A stretch of 63,960 nt of DNA, the filler included, from Choristocarpus tenellus KU-1152 (lineage: Eukaryota > Protista > Phaeophyceae), in NCBI GenBank assembly GCA_964200185.2. It is 12 parts of 12 records of this genome, joined end to end, with 100 filler letters (N's around TTAATTAATTAA, not from the genome) between each part and the next. Parts side by side here need not be neighbours in the genome. Positions count along the whole stretch, not along the records: positions 36,958 to 40,280 come from CAXNAD020020804.1; positions 40,381 to 47,024 come from CAXNAD020007678.1; positions 47,125 to 53,371 come from CAXNAD020008581.1; 9 more parts are not named here. The stretch is one strand, 5' to 3'. Shown here piece after piece: positions 37,567 to 50,066 of this stretch (the first letter of the stretch is position 1; each line of letters begins with the position of its first letter). Under the pieces are notes generated by a model. It was not told the origin of the DNA and did no database searches. It saw only the letters and a program-made list of their open reading frames with translations. Position numbers and translations under genes: made by a program.

Positions 37567-40280
37567 CTGTCGAGACTGAAGCCCTCACCCCCACCCCCTG
37601 CAACCCTAATAGCTGCAGCCAATGCAAACACTGAGTCATAGGCAAAGTACAGCAGAGGATCCAGGGCGCCATTTGCATTCAAGGTACCAACCCCAGCGCC
37701 AGCATACACCTCTGGATCCAGCCTCTCCCATACTGCAGCAAGATTTCTGACCTCTGCCGCTCCTGGTCCTGAACAACAGCATGCACATATCTATATTCAC
37801 ATGTTGTTCATGGTGACAACATCTTCCTAAGAGGGTATAATTGCATTTGAGGGACATGTACAGTGTAGATTGCACAAGTTTCAAAAAGGGTCTTCAAAAA
37901 GAGCCTAATTCGAACCACCTACCCCCCCTTTGCATGTGTTTGATCTCATGAGTACATAGTTCTACTGCATGGTATGGGCACATTGGACACAGACAATGCA
38001 CACAGAGCATCTAGAGTGTAATGTAAGGAGAGACCCCAATAGCACTACATGTACCACATAAGGAGAGGTGGGGGGAGCATGAGAGGCAGCAGGTCTGTGA
38101 AAATTATCGTCTCCGTGTATAAATAAGCGGGTTGGGATTGGGATTGGGTTGGGTTCCCGCAATAAGGAGGGGCAGGGTTGGGGGGGGCATCAGATCAGAA
38201 AGGTGACCAATCAACACTGTGATAAAATAAAAAAGGGAACAAAAAATAGAGGAAATCCTCACTCAATATCAGGGAGACAATGCATCAAGACTCTTGATAA
38301 AAATATAAAAAACATCTCACTCCACACCATATACCCGCAGCAAAGAATTAGCAAAGAATTCCTCTATTCTAGAAAATTTTTGCCAGCGATATTCAAGGCA
38401 ATGTAAACACTCCTCATGCTGGCAATCCCAATATGTTTTCCCCAGTAGCATGTGTGACACTACAATTGAAACAAACTCAAGCAATGTAGAGGGATCTAAC
38501 ACGACTGTCTTCACATACAGTTCCCCTAGATACATTCCGTTCAGTGTACATACAATATACATATGTGTATCTATCAAATAAAACAAAATTGAAGTGGATG
38601 AGAGGAGAACCAAAATAGTAACCGTGACAGAAGAATCACATACATGTCATGTCACAACTACTACGTACTTCACACATTGGCAGTACACAGAAGACAGGCA
38701 TTTCCTTGAAAAAACCCCAAATGAAATGGTGTTGCATCTAATTAACCTGCTTGCCCCCCTCACACGACCCCTCCGCCACCAATGACAAGCAAAACCAACA
38801 GCAGTCCTGAGAGCACCACCTGTAATTGTGGAGAAATTTCCTCTGTACATATTAAAAATGTAGTACAGTCACTACTACTCTTCAAATCTTCACCCTCAAC
38901 AGGAGCACACGGTCTCAGTCCCAGGGTGCCCCGCATGTCAAAGGCCAGCCGACTGTCCCTTGTTGTACTATCCTCTGCAAAAACGCCATCCATTGCTGCG
39001 CTATCAGACAGGTACCACTGCATATCAGTGCCAACCAGACCCATTTCCCGGGCCTGTTGAGGGAAAAAAAAAGTGTCTTGAAGAATTAAAGAAAAAACAG
39101 GCTGTATATTAACAATAATATTTTTTTTGTCCAAGACATATGGATCACCTCACCCTCCCCTCCTCCCTTTTCATGAGCTCGAAGTGGCACTGGTTTGGCA
39201 GGGGAGAAATAAAATATAAATTTGTCATATATCAGACGCAGATATGGACCACATGGGTTGAAGGTGAAACACTCTAACGGTTGTGACCCAAAGTATTAAA
39301 GAGGGTAGGAGTTTTACCCTGTTTCTCTGTTCAGGGCTTGGCTTCCCACGTTTTTTTTATGCCCTTTTTTCAGTGTTCTGTGTGAACATTTCGGATTTGC
39401 GAGTAGATAAAATGTACAGGACTATGAAAGGTGCGTCCAGAGCAAGGATATTGAAACTTGCTAACATACACGATAGCCAAAATTCATCAAAATCGCAACA
39501 ATGGATTTATGACTCCGAACGGATATGGCCCTACCCTCCTAAATGCTTTGACCCTTGTGGGAGGTTTAAATATACATATATGTTTAAAGGTTGATACTGT
39601 AATCACACCATAATAAAATTGCCCAGGTATTGCCAAAGCTTACTACTACATAAGTAAGTTATAGATACAACTGTGCAGGGCACATAGGCCACACTTGTCA
39701 TGCATGTGACCACATCACTAACTTTATGCTAGAACTAGTGGATCCCCCTCCCTCATGCACCAAGGATTTCGCCTTGTCAGCACTGGAAAGAAACAAAACA
39801 GTGTCATGTAATACAAACTGTACCTATGTCGCATAGTCCATTACTGTCAAAGCATCCACCCTTCCACCCACATGATCATTGATGCAATACCTCTTGTCCT
39901 AAAGGCACTTGGCCACAACAGCAGGAAGTACACTGTAGATAATTAAGAATAGCAAACACAGAAAAAAATACCTCTAGGATCTTCATATAGGTGCTCCTGC
40001 AAGTCCCCATCAATATTGAGGTTAATGTTGGGGTAGATAGAGTACACTCTTGGAAGGAAAACTCTGCCATAGACACCACATATCGCCCCAACAATGGCAC
40101 ATAGTACTCAAAGAAACTCCATGGTCACACATCTTCTCTTCCTCCTCTACTACAACCTCTGCCCTCTAAACCCTGCCCAAACATCCCAGGTATCTCTCTC
40201 ACCCCCCGCAGTACAGCCCTGATAGTGCCCCCATCGAACCCCTCTGCCAGCAGCACCGTGCTGGACACCTCGTGCTCAAC
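37567..40280 (-). CDS. Periplasmic-binding-protein type I / ANF-receptor (Venus flytrap) domain protein, class C GPCR- or iGluR-like, partial; exons 40280-40203, 39053-38894, 37768-37567
   Basis: The in-phase splice gives STVLLAEGFDGGTIRAVLRG|AREMGLVGTDMQWYLSDSAAMD...MRGTLGLRPCAPVE|GPGAAEVRNLAAVWERLDPEVY...LLYFAYDSVFALAAAIR. A..xGL.G...QW.LSD and YAYD.V.ALA.A are typical ANF_receptor motifs. Confidence 0.75.
39285..39554 (+). mobile_element. MITE family B, 270 bp, 4-bp TSD TTGT, located in an intron
   Basis: TIRs GACCCAAAGTATTAAAGAGGGTAGG / CCCTACCCTCCTAAATGCTTTGACCC; TTGT on both flanks; body homologous to 62894-63156. Confidence 0.8.
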
Positions 40281-40404
40281 NNNNNNNNNNNNNNNNNNNN
40301 NNNNNNNNNNNNNNNNNNNNNNNNTTAATTAATTAANNNNNNNNNNNNNNNNNNNNNNNNNNNNNNNNNNNNNNNNNNNNTCTTTTTTTTTTTTGTTTAG
40401 TATC

Positions 40405-40703
40405 GCCAAACTGACCAAACTTGGGCAGCGACCCAACCCCAACTAGGTTTTGGCAGGGAGTTCAGCCAACCACTTTATTTTTGTCCGTTTTGAAGTCGTG
40501 ACCTTCAAAATTACGTCGGAGATGTTCCCCTGCATTTTTTCCATTACTTGATCGGGACATAGTTCCTGTTCCCCGAAGGCTGGACATTCGTGAATACAGA
40601 TCTTCAAAAAAGGCTCTTGTTATACCCTTTCAATATACATTGTTGTATATCTATTGTGCGGCTACACGGAGAAAAATAGCAAGGTTGCCATAGAGGGCGA
40701 AGG
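40405..40703 (-). mobile_element. Terminal ~300 bp of a TA-flanked DNA transposon, inverted copy of 41588-41875
   Basis: Clear reverse-complement match; homology stops at ...AGGGCGAAGG|TA. Confidence 0.75.
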
Positions 40704-41587
40704 TAGTGGCAGTGATAGAGAATCGAAACAGGAACACTAATCCTAAGCCAAAAAGTGATAAAAAAAATAATAGAAAAATAGCATTATTATTTCCTCTAAC
40801 ATTTTGTAAGTATTAGGGAAAACCAAACCAAATTACTTTACAAAACTAATAATAGTAATAATGTTATTTTATAATTTTGGTTGGGTCCTGTTTTTGACTT
40901 AGTTGAACGCAAAAAGGGATATACAAATATGATGTTGCGAAGATTCGTTGGCGACAGACGGAGGGCGTACAAGATTCAAGGGAGTGAAGGAAACCGACGA
41001 AATGTAAGACGACTCAACCAAACCTGTAAAAAAATCGAAGTACAAAGTGGAATGAGTTATACTACAACAACCACACTCCCATATCTGACTATCAATGAAA
41101 ACGTCAATAATAATGCAGAAGTTCCAAACAAAACTAGCTAAATAATAAAAATATGAGAATATAGGTAGTCCAATCAAAGACGGAAGTTCTATTTTGTTTG
41201 GGAATCGAAATAAACAAGATTCGTATTATATTCTCAAATCTCAAACGTACCACCAACTACGCAAAAACTAACACCACCTCGTATTAATTGGAAAAGTAGT
41301 CCAAATAACGCAATACACTCTGCTTCAAAAAAACAAGGATCGAAATGCAAAAAATAACGAAACAAAAAAAGAATTAATCAAGAACAATAGAACCTGTCTT
41401 AGAAAAATACCATCACCCAATATATGGAAGGGGAAGGAAGAGAAGAAAGAAAATCAAGACAGGAAAAAGAGAATAAGACCACAAAGAAAACACCCACCAG
41501 ATATTTTCTTATTAGTATCATGAGTAGTGATGGTTGGGTTGGTTCTTGTGCAGGTGTAAAACATAAGTCGGTAAGGTGGTAGCAGTA

Positions 41588-43337
41588 CCTTCGCCCTCTA
41601 TGGCAATCTTGCATTTTTTTCATCGTGTAGCCGCAATATATATACCACAATGTATATTGAAAGGGTATAACAAGAGCCTTTTGAAGGTCTATATGCTCAA
41701 ACTTCGGGGAACGGGAACTATGTCCCGATCAAGTAATAGAGAAAACGCGGGGGAACATCTCCGACGCAATTTTGAAGGTCACGACTTCAAAACGGACAAA
41801 AATAAAGTGGTTGGCTGAACTCCATGCAGAAAACTGGCCCCAGTTAGGTCGCTGCCCAAGTTTGGCTGGTACGGCCCACCGAGAAAAAAGTAGAAAACCT
41901 CCCCAAGATTTCCTCTTTTTAACGCCTTTTGCAGAATTTCTGTGAGACACACACACACATGACTTACACAACAACATGAACCATGATTGTGAGACAAGGA
42001 GCTGACGCTGAGAGAAGATGCACTCAAAGCATTACCACACAAACGTGGTTGGGTCTTCAACCACGTCGTAGCAGTCATCTGCAAGAACTGCCACCTCGGG
42101 AAAGCAGAAAGAGAGTGGCGAGTCCATCACCAGGTGGTACAGTGACGAAGTTCAGTGGGGAAGCCTGGTCACCGCAGGCAAAGGGAGAACTGGGGTGGCC
42201 GCTCGAAGGGAAGATTGAGGAAAAGAGCAGTGTGACTGCATGCCATTGCGCTCAGGAAATGCCTAAGCGAAAACCCAGGTGTAGAATATCTTAGTAGTCG
42301 ACAGTTGCAGCAGGCCCTGACTGTTTGGAAGCTATTTGAGCTGGAGTGACTTGAGGAAACGAGGAAGAAGGTGTTAGGGTTGGGGTACAAGTGCTCTGAA
42401 GCCCGAAAGAAGGTCGAAAGGGCTCGCAGGGTGGAGGAGAAAGCGATCGTAACAAAGGCAGCTGTGGAGACTTTTCGACACCATCAAATCCTTTACTTAG
42501 AAGAGGTTGCGAAGCACGTGGAGGTAGCCATTGACGAGGACATTAGGGCAGAAGAGGAGGTGAGATTGAGACTATTTGCACACCAATGGTTTGGTGTCTC
42601 TCCTACTTCTTGCAAGATGCCGTATATTTACACTTGTTCCTGGACTTAGGGTTTGATATATAAAGCTGATTAAGGCTTTCTCCCATCCTGCATTCATTCG
42701 AGAAATCAAGACAATTTTTGATCAACTTAAGCCGGTCCTCCCTCGCCCTTGCGCCTTGATGATAAATATCACCTCTCCACGAAACATAGACAACGCCCAT
42801 TTCCAGCACTCAACAAGGAAAATGTGATAGTTAAGGCTCCAACATTGCGAATCCTGTACCTGTGTATGAAAGACGGGAAAGACCGTCAAACAGTACTCGA
42901 GATGGCAGCAGGATATGCGATGGTCAGGTCGGAAACTGTAAGTAAATGGGAGAGAGAGACTTCCTAACTAAGGGCCACATCAAGGTGTCGGAGCAAGGGT
43001 GCTATGAGAGGCGTTTCGTCCTGGGTCTCGACGAGGAATTCCTTGCCGAGGTCAAAGAGTGGGTGCGCGAACACACAGGAAGAAAGGATGGGGAGTTTTT
43101 TTTCCCTCGTAAACCCTATACTTTAATCAAGTAATAGTGCATCTGTTGCCACTCTTGTTGACCTACAATCCAGGGTTTGAACCCGAATACCGGCGTTCTT
43201 TCTTCAAGCAAGGAAAAAAATGGTGAAAAGACGAAGCCCGTAATCGGGAGGGCCTTTTGACTGGCATCACGAATATGCTTTTATGTTTTTAATGTCTACA
43301 TCAAAAGTAATGATCGGACAACCCCAAAGGGCGAACC
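41588..43337 (+). mobile_element. Internally deleted IS630-Tc1-mariner-like DNA transposon with a decayed transposase N-terminus (about 42350-43100)
   Basis: Left end TA|CCTTCGCCCTCTATGG and degenerate right end AAGGGCGAACC|TA; HTH-like VRSETVSKWERDFLTKGHIKVSEQGCYERRFVLGLDEEFLAEVKEWVREH with frameshifts; no catalytic domain. Confidence 0.55.
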
Positions 43338-44207
43338 TACTGGTACCACTATGTCGTTGTGAGTATCTCCAAAATGTCAGCATAATAATACAAGTATATT
43401 ACTAACCCTAACTACTGTGAATATATTTGTATTATTATGTTGTCTGATTTTAATATTATTATGCCTTACAAACATTTTGTATAGGATCATTTATAATAAT
43501 GTTCTTAATGTGACAAATTGATATTCCTTCACAGCAATTGGTAGTGTGGTGGGTGGTGAGGGATACTCTTTATATGTTAAAGTAGCCTTCACCTCTAAAT
43601 AATCTCGTTTTTTTGTTTTCATAAATATTTTGATTCACATTTTGTAGTTGTATTTTTTCAAGTAGTCTGAACAGAACAGACACGCAGTATTTTCTTTCGA
43701 CTGCTGACACACTTCACACACCCTCCGACTAATGTGACCACAAGATCAACTTCCATATATATAGATGAATTGAGCGGTCAAAATCAAAATTATCATTTTT
43801 GTACATAATACTACTTGATATTCTATAGTAGTATCTACGTATAACGAAAACAAGAAGCATGTTCGAGAATATTTACGAATATATTCCATCATTCCTTTAC
43901 TGAAAACAAATAATGTTTCAAATATATACCCTCAACCACCTACGAACCTATGAAGATTAAAGACTGTCCTTAATATGACACCTTTGGCTTTGTTCTGTTG
44001 GGACCTCTAATACAAGCTATACACTCCAATGTCCAACAACTCATCAGGATTGAACGGTTCGTTGCCCCCTTCCACTGTTTAACCGACGTACTGACAGGTC
44101 CGATGGTCGAGGTCCACGCTGAAACACACGAATTTGAATTCATCCCTCCTTCCTCGTTCTTTCACTTCAGTAGATCATCCAATCCACCCCTCTCATGCCA
44201 AAGTAGC

Positions 44208-45251
44208 ATGCCACCCATCGCGCAGTCGGATACACCAAAAAATACATCCCAGTTGTTGGAAATTGTGAGCGATATGAGGTTAAGGAGAGGAGAGGCGGTG
44301 GTCTCAACTGCAGGTTCCCTAGCACCAGGCATGCCGAGGTCAGGAGGATCACCAATGACGATCACTCTGACCGAATCGGGCACTGAGGAGACGAAAAGCT
44401 TCGCATGGAAGGACAACACAGGATTCTCTCGAACTGATGTGTGGGAGCTGATGGTTAAGAACGCTTTAGGCAATAATATGTCGATTAGATCAAGAGTCGA
44501 AGTTATCGTGAAGGCGAACGAGAAGGTGCTGGACAAGGACCTCGTCTTGCCTTGCCCTCCTAACGAAAACGAGAAAGCTTCATACATTATTACTGGTCGT
44601 CGTTTTCTGATGACGTGGGGCGTGATCGCAATGTGCTCGGTTTCCGCAGGGATGTGGCTGTATGTGCTAAGCAGCGAGTATTTATACTGGTTTGGAGCTC
44701 CCGCTGCCTTCCTAACGCTTTACTTGTTCCTATCCTACTATGGCATCGCCGTGTGGGGGAAAGAATGTAACCTTAGGGAGCACAGGGAGACAGTGGTAAA
44801 GGCGGAGGATGAAGGCTGCTTCCCATCTGTCGACGTGTTCCTGCCTTGTTGTGGGGAGCCACTGTCCTTAATGGCGAACACTTACAAGTATGTTCAGGCA
44901 CTGGATTGGCCAAATCTGAAGGTCCACGTGCTCGATGACGGAGCTAATGAAGAGATCCGATATCTGGCAGACCTCCATGGCTTCAATTACATCCGGAGAG
45001 ACAACCGACCAGCAATGAGAAAAGCTGGCAATTTGCGCTGGGCGTTCGCTCATACCTCAGGTGACCTTTTCGTGGTCTTTGACGCAGATTTCTGTCCCCG
45101 TTCGGATTTCTTGAGGGAGACGGTGCCGTACTTCAGAGAGGAAAAAGTTGCCATTGTGCAGACTCCGCAATTTTTCCGCTATCGGTCGGAGCAATCATGG
45201 GTGGAGCGCGGCGCAGGGGTTACTCAGGAGCTATTCTACCGTGTGATACAG
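44208..45251 (+). CDS. GT2 cellulose synthase-like glycosyltransferase, first exon (rest not on this contig)
   Basis: Two N-terminal TM helices, then VDVFLPCCGEP, VLDDG, KAGNL, FDADF (DxD) and QTPQFF motifs; CAG|GTGAGA donor at 45251/45252; ATG 44208 is the inferred start. Confidence 0.92.
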
Positions 45252-48200
45252 GTGAGAGTGTTGGAGGGGGGAGTGTGTTCTCTTTCTCCTTTTCTTACGT
45301 TCGAGGAGTAATTCGTAGAGGCCCTGCCTTTTTGTTCATGACAATGTCCATTAATCAGTCGGCAGGAGAACTAAAAAGTCTGCATTAACGTGCTGTACGA
45401 CATTCCTGAATGCATTCCTTACTGAAACTGACTGTGACTGACTGCGAAAGTCATTGTGATGCATCACAAGAGGTTACATAGAATCAAATGCACTTAGTAC
45501 GAGACCTTCTTCCTGGCTGCGTAATTGCAATAAACTGTGTTGTTCCGTGAGATTCTTCCCTCATTCGTAGACCACCCTCGTAATGCACCTGCTAGAGCTG
45601 TCTGTGATGAGGTTCTTTGTTGCAGAGGAAATGTTGGGTCTTAGGCAGCACACTCTATCTGTCCTGTCTGTTGTTTCATCTTAAGATAGACTATTCTTTT
45701 GGTGAAAGTGTTACTTGGTTGTCGCACCTTGTCCCTCGCACGCTTCATGTCCTTATGATTGAGTGTCCACCTTTCACGTCTTCATTGCAAGCTGCTATTT
45801 TGCCTCACAACCTCAGTTCTTCTGTCCTCCCCGACACATGAAGTATTCTTCTCTGTAGTGTGATTCACAAACCTTAATTCTAATTGCCTAGATTATTCAA
45901 CCAGTGGGGGATATAAGAAGTTGTCAGCTGTGCTGGATCCAATAGGCAACAAAAGAATCTGCTGTGGACTAAGGTCCCTCAGCACTTGAAGTGTATTTAT
46001 TTCGTTAGAGAAAACTGCTTCAAGGCACTTTCTATTTACCAGCGCTGGAGCACATGATACATTCTATTTGATTATTCACACTTCAGAGTATTTAAAATCC
46101 TTACCTGGAGCATACAGTATGTAGGGAGCTGATCCACAGTGCATCAACTGGAAAGCCACCCATGTACATTGTCCAAACTATATTCCAATATATTTCTATT
46201 CATAGCTTGGAAATTATTAGTCTTCTCTTGCTTGCCATTGACTTTACTGGACTTGAGATAGTGGGTTCCTATGTATGAATGTGTAGTACTACCAATATCT
46301 GCCATGATCAACTGGAGCGACTGTTGCTGATCTTCCTTCTTGCAGGAGGCATTCCAAAACTTGTTGGAATAACTTTTACTATATCCTTGACTGCAGTCTC
46401 TAAGCTCTCTCCCTGCAGACATGTAGTGCGTAGGATGAATGATGGAGTTGAAGTCTGATTGATCAAGCATGCAGTGGAACTCCAGTTGCTCACAGATAGT
46501 CCAACAAAGCTCGACTTTATATCTTCACTTTGTTCAGTTCTTTTGACCTCCCATGCCTGGGACGCTTCTCTGATGTATCCTGCCTCTGAAGTTGAACTAC
46601 CATTGACACCTTGTTTATGCATGCTCACTAAGAGCTCATTAACTTCTGTTCCTGTCTCTCAAATGTATTTTTGGAATCATGATGAAACTGATGGTTGAGC
46701 TGGTAATCTTTTGTGGCTGAATAAAAAGAGAAAATTACATGCATGGACCACTCTTCAAGAGTGCATCAGAAAGCTATGAAATGGGCACACCTCCCAACAC
46801 CATGCAACTCCTTAACGACATGAATGCTGTATATTGCGTTTATATACATTTATAACATACAGTAGAGTCGTGTAGTATGTTGCTGGAGTGCGGGGTAGTA
46901 TTTACATTTTGGCATCATCTGACAGACATCCTGTGGGGGGGTGGCTTCTGCCTTTATCTACCCTCATTGGCAGTGCAATTTGACCTTTTTTTTATTTTAG
47001 CTTTTTTTTCGCCTGAGCTGCTGCNNNNNNNNNNNNNNNNNNNNNNNNNNNNNNNNNNNNNNNNNNNNTTAATTAATTAANNNNNNNNNNNNNNNNNNNN
47101 NNNNNNNNNNNNNNNNNNNNNNNNGGGTCGATGAGAGAAGGGGGTCTTCCAGTGGTGACTTGTAGTCAACTACTTTGAGGAAACACGGTTTGCTCCATAT
47201 GGACTCATTTGTGAAATCATCTCATGATTTTATTTGAGGAACATTGTTTCTGTATGGAGAGTGGGTGGAAGTGCACAACTGTCCCAGCTAAGGATTTTGC
47301 CGTGTAATAATCTATTTGATTTGAACTGACACTATCTATGCTCATGCTCTGTTTTTTTTGCAAACTCAGTCATCTTCACAAGTGCCATCAAATCTCCTAT
47401 GGATAGATGGAGTTAGGTTTTTGTGTGCAAGTAGGGGGGGGGGGGGGGGGGGTACTCTTTTGTTGTGTTCCTTTTGTGTTACTGGGGTTTACAATATANN
47501 NNNNNNNNCAAAAAAAAAAAAAAAAAAAAAAGAATCGGTTGAGGAAGAAGAGAAAAAAGAAACACCCCAAAAAAACGGGGGGGGGGGGGGGGGGGGGGAG
47601 CACAGTGTGTGATTGGTCACTGTGTCATACGGTGGTATACAGCAGTAACAACAAGCAACCACGCTTTGAAATGCAGGATACACATTCTGTCAAGCACTCA
47701 TAATATGTCGTTAGTATGTCATACTGAAACCACACCATGAATCACACCCAGGACAATGCAACACTCAACATTACAGCAGTATCATCACCCATAACATATG
47801 TTACCCAGGACGAAATTCGGGGGCTAGGTTGTATTGTCCATGTGAGGCCTTAGTCCATTTGCTCCTACACTTGTCTGTTTTCCAGTGCTGGGCTTATCTA
47901 ATCTCCATCGTCAGGGCAATGATTCAGACGGTTTCCTCTCTGATACCAATTGTCCAGAAAATTCTTGGATCACATTTCCCGTATCCCGCCTGTTGTGCCG
48001 AGTAAAGCCTTCCATCCTTTGCTATTCTACTTTATTTTATTTTTAAGCCTGTGGTCAGAAGCTGTAACGTTACAAAAAAAAGAGGGAAGAAATGTGCTGG
48101 GAAAAAATATATCTAGACATCCCTAACACTCATTCGTAATTATCTGTTCCTGTCCAGAGAATTTTTGTTGTGTGTAGCATACTACCTCTGTTCGGAAGTA

Positions 48201-48468
48201 AGTTTCACATCACTTTTGCAAGCTCTGTTCTCGCTCAGGAACAACCCAAATGATTAACCCTCTGGATGAGGCATAGTTCTCACATAGATTGGGAGGCGTG
48301 CAAAGTTTGAGATGGTGGGCTGTCATGACCGTGGATTATCACCGCTGTAAAGTCGATCAAGTCGCATCTGACAGGATTCAAAAATCTTGTGAAACTGTCA
48401 AAGAGGGTGTTTATTGAGATGCCTAGGACAAGGGTCCCCCGCTGTTCGAGTGGCTTGCTCACCCCATT

Positions 48469-48654
48469 GACCCAAAGTATCTGGGGGGGTGGGGGGGGGG
48501 TCTACACAAGGGTGTCCACTTTGGTCCATAACCAGGAAAAGTGGACTTACATTATCCATCCGACGTATGCAACCAAATCACCCAAAAATCTCAACATGAA
48601 AAAATTGATCCCAAATGGACAGTTGCCCCCCCCCCCCCCGAGATACTTTGAGCC
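48469..48654 (+). mobile_element. MITE family A, complete 186-bp copy
   Basis: TIRs GACCCAAAGTATCTGGGGG / CCCCCGAGATACTTTGAGCC plus an inner TGTCCA..TTGG / CCAAATGGACA inverted pair; flanks ATT/ATT (or CATT/CATT if one terminal C was lost). Confidence 0.9.
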
Positions 48655-48719
48655 ATTCTCGGTCCGGAAGTCTGTCTGGGGTCAGGACTCTAACACCCCA
48701 ATCAACAGCGAGGTGACGT

Positions 48720-50066
48720 GATGCCTGGAGGCGAGAGGGAGCAAGACTCAGATGCCTTGAGGGACAAGGGTAGCCATTGCGGAGGACTTGGGGATTCCCC
48801 AAATCATCGTGTTCCGTCATGTGAAGGAGTATGACAGACAGATCGCACAGGGTGAATGTATGGACCTTGTCCGATGTCACAAGGGGCTAGACTATGCGAC
48901 CGCCATGCAAGTATCTTCAACGATTGGGATGTCCCACGGGTACACCACCGCACATCCTTCTGGAAATGGGTGACCAAAGCTGGGGTCTACCCTCGCCTCG
49001 TTGTGTGATATGTGCAATATGTGCAAGGACGAGAAGTTGTTGAAGGTGCTAGTGGTGGATTAAAATAAAAGCCAGGCCTCTCAGGCCAGCAGAATAAATA
49101 AAAGTAAGGGCGAGTTTCGTCATCCACACGCACAGGGGGGNNNNNNNNNNAAGAAAGGTAAGGGGGGGGTTCGTCACCCAGAGGCAAGGGGGGGGGGGGG
49201 AAGTGGGATATTAGTGGGCGGTCTGTATGACTGGGTGTATGTGGACGAGAAAACGGTTGTACATCCTGAAAGGTGGTTAAGGTGTGTACCTGTACCCTAC
49301 TGATGACCCCAAAAAAAACCCATGGGGACAGAATAATTGTTACGTCACGAAGGTGATGTTCCTTGCAGCTGTGGCCCACCCTAGGAGGCTCTCCAATGGG
49401 GTGTGGTTCGATGGGAAAACCAGGATCTGGCCAATCATGGACACTTAAGGTCGCTCAGAACTCCAGCAAACACCGCCCCAAGGGTATCAAGGTGCTTCTG
49501 TCAGCCGCAGTGGACAGGGAGACGTACGTATAAAAAGGTCATGATCGAGGATATTATCCCAGAAAACAAGGCCCACATGACTAGGTCAGAAGGATAGACC
49601 ATCTTTGTGCAGCAGACAGGGCAAAGCCGAACACCAAGGGGGGGGGAATCATGGAGATAATCGAGGAGGCTGTGGGAGATGACGTTGTCATAGAGATCCC
49701 ACCGGACGACTCGCCCGACCTCAACATCATTGATCTCAACATCAATGATCTCAACATCAATGATCAAGGGTTCTTTCATTCCATCCAGCAAATGAAGGAA
49801 GGCGTGGGGTGACCAATACAGAGGTGGTGGAGGCCACAATGGAGGCGTTTGACGTGTACCCCTGGGAGACACTAGGGCGTATCTGGCAGAGCCTTTTCGC
49901 AGTTTCCGGTGACGTGCTGGTATCCAAGAGCGACAACATCTTCAAAATTCCTCATCTTAGCAAGGAGAAGGCTAAGACGAGCAAGCTCCCCCTGAATGCA
50001 CCGGTGGATGCAGTGAAATACTGTCCTGGAATGGAGTTTTGGAGGGCTTTGGGGGCAGAATCATAG
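48720..50066 (+). pseudogene. Decayed mariner-type (plant/oomycete DD39D-like) transposase
   Basis: N-terminal HTH-like AIAEDLGIPQIIVFRHVKEY; C-terminal FVQQ..., PPDDSPDLNIID...GFFHSIQ and VEATMEAFDVYPWETLGRIWQSLFAV...DNIFKIPH; frameshifts. Confidence 0.78.

Noticed and set aside
43998-44207. 70-aa N-terminal extension of the GT2 ORF
   Set aside because: Starts at TTG; more likely 5' UTR or intron, so ATG 44208 is preferred
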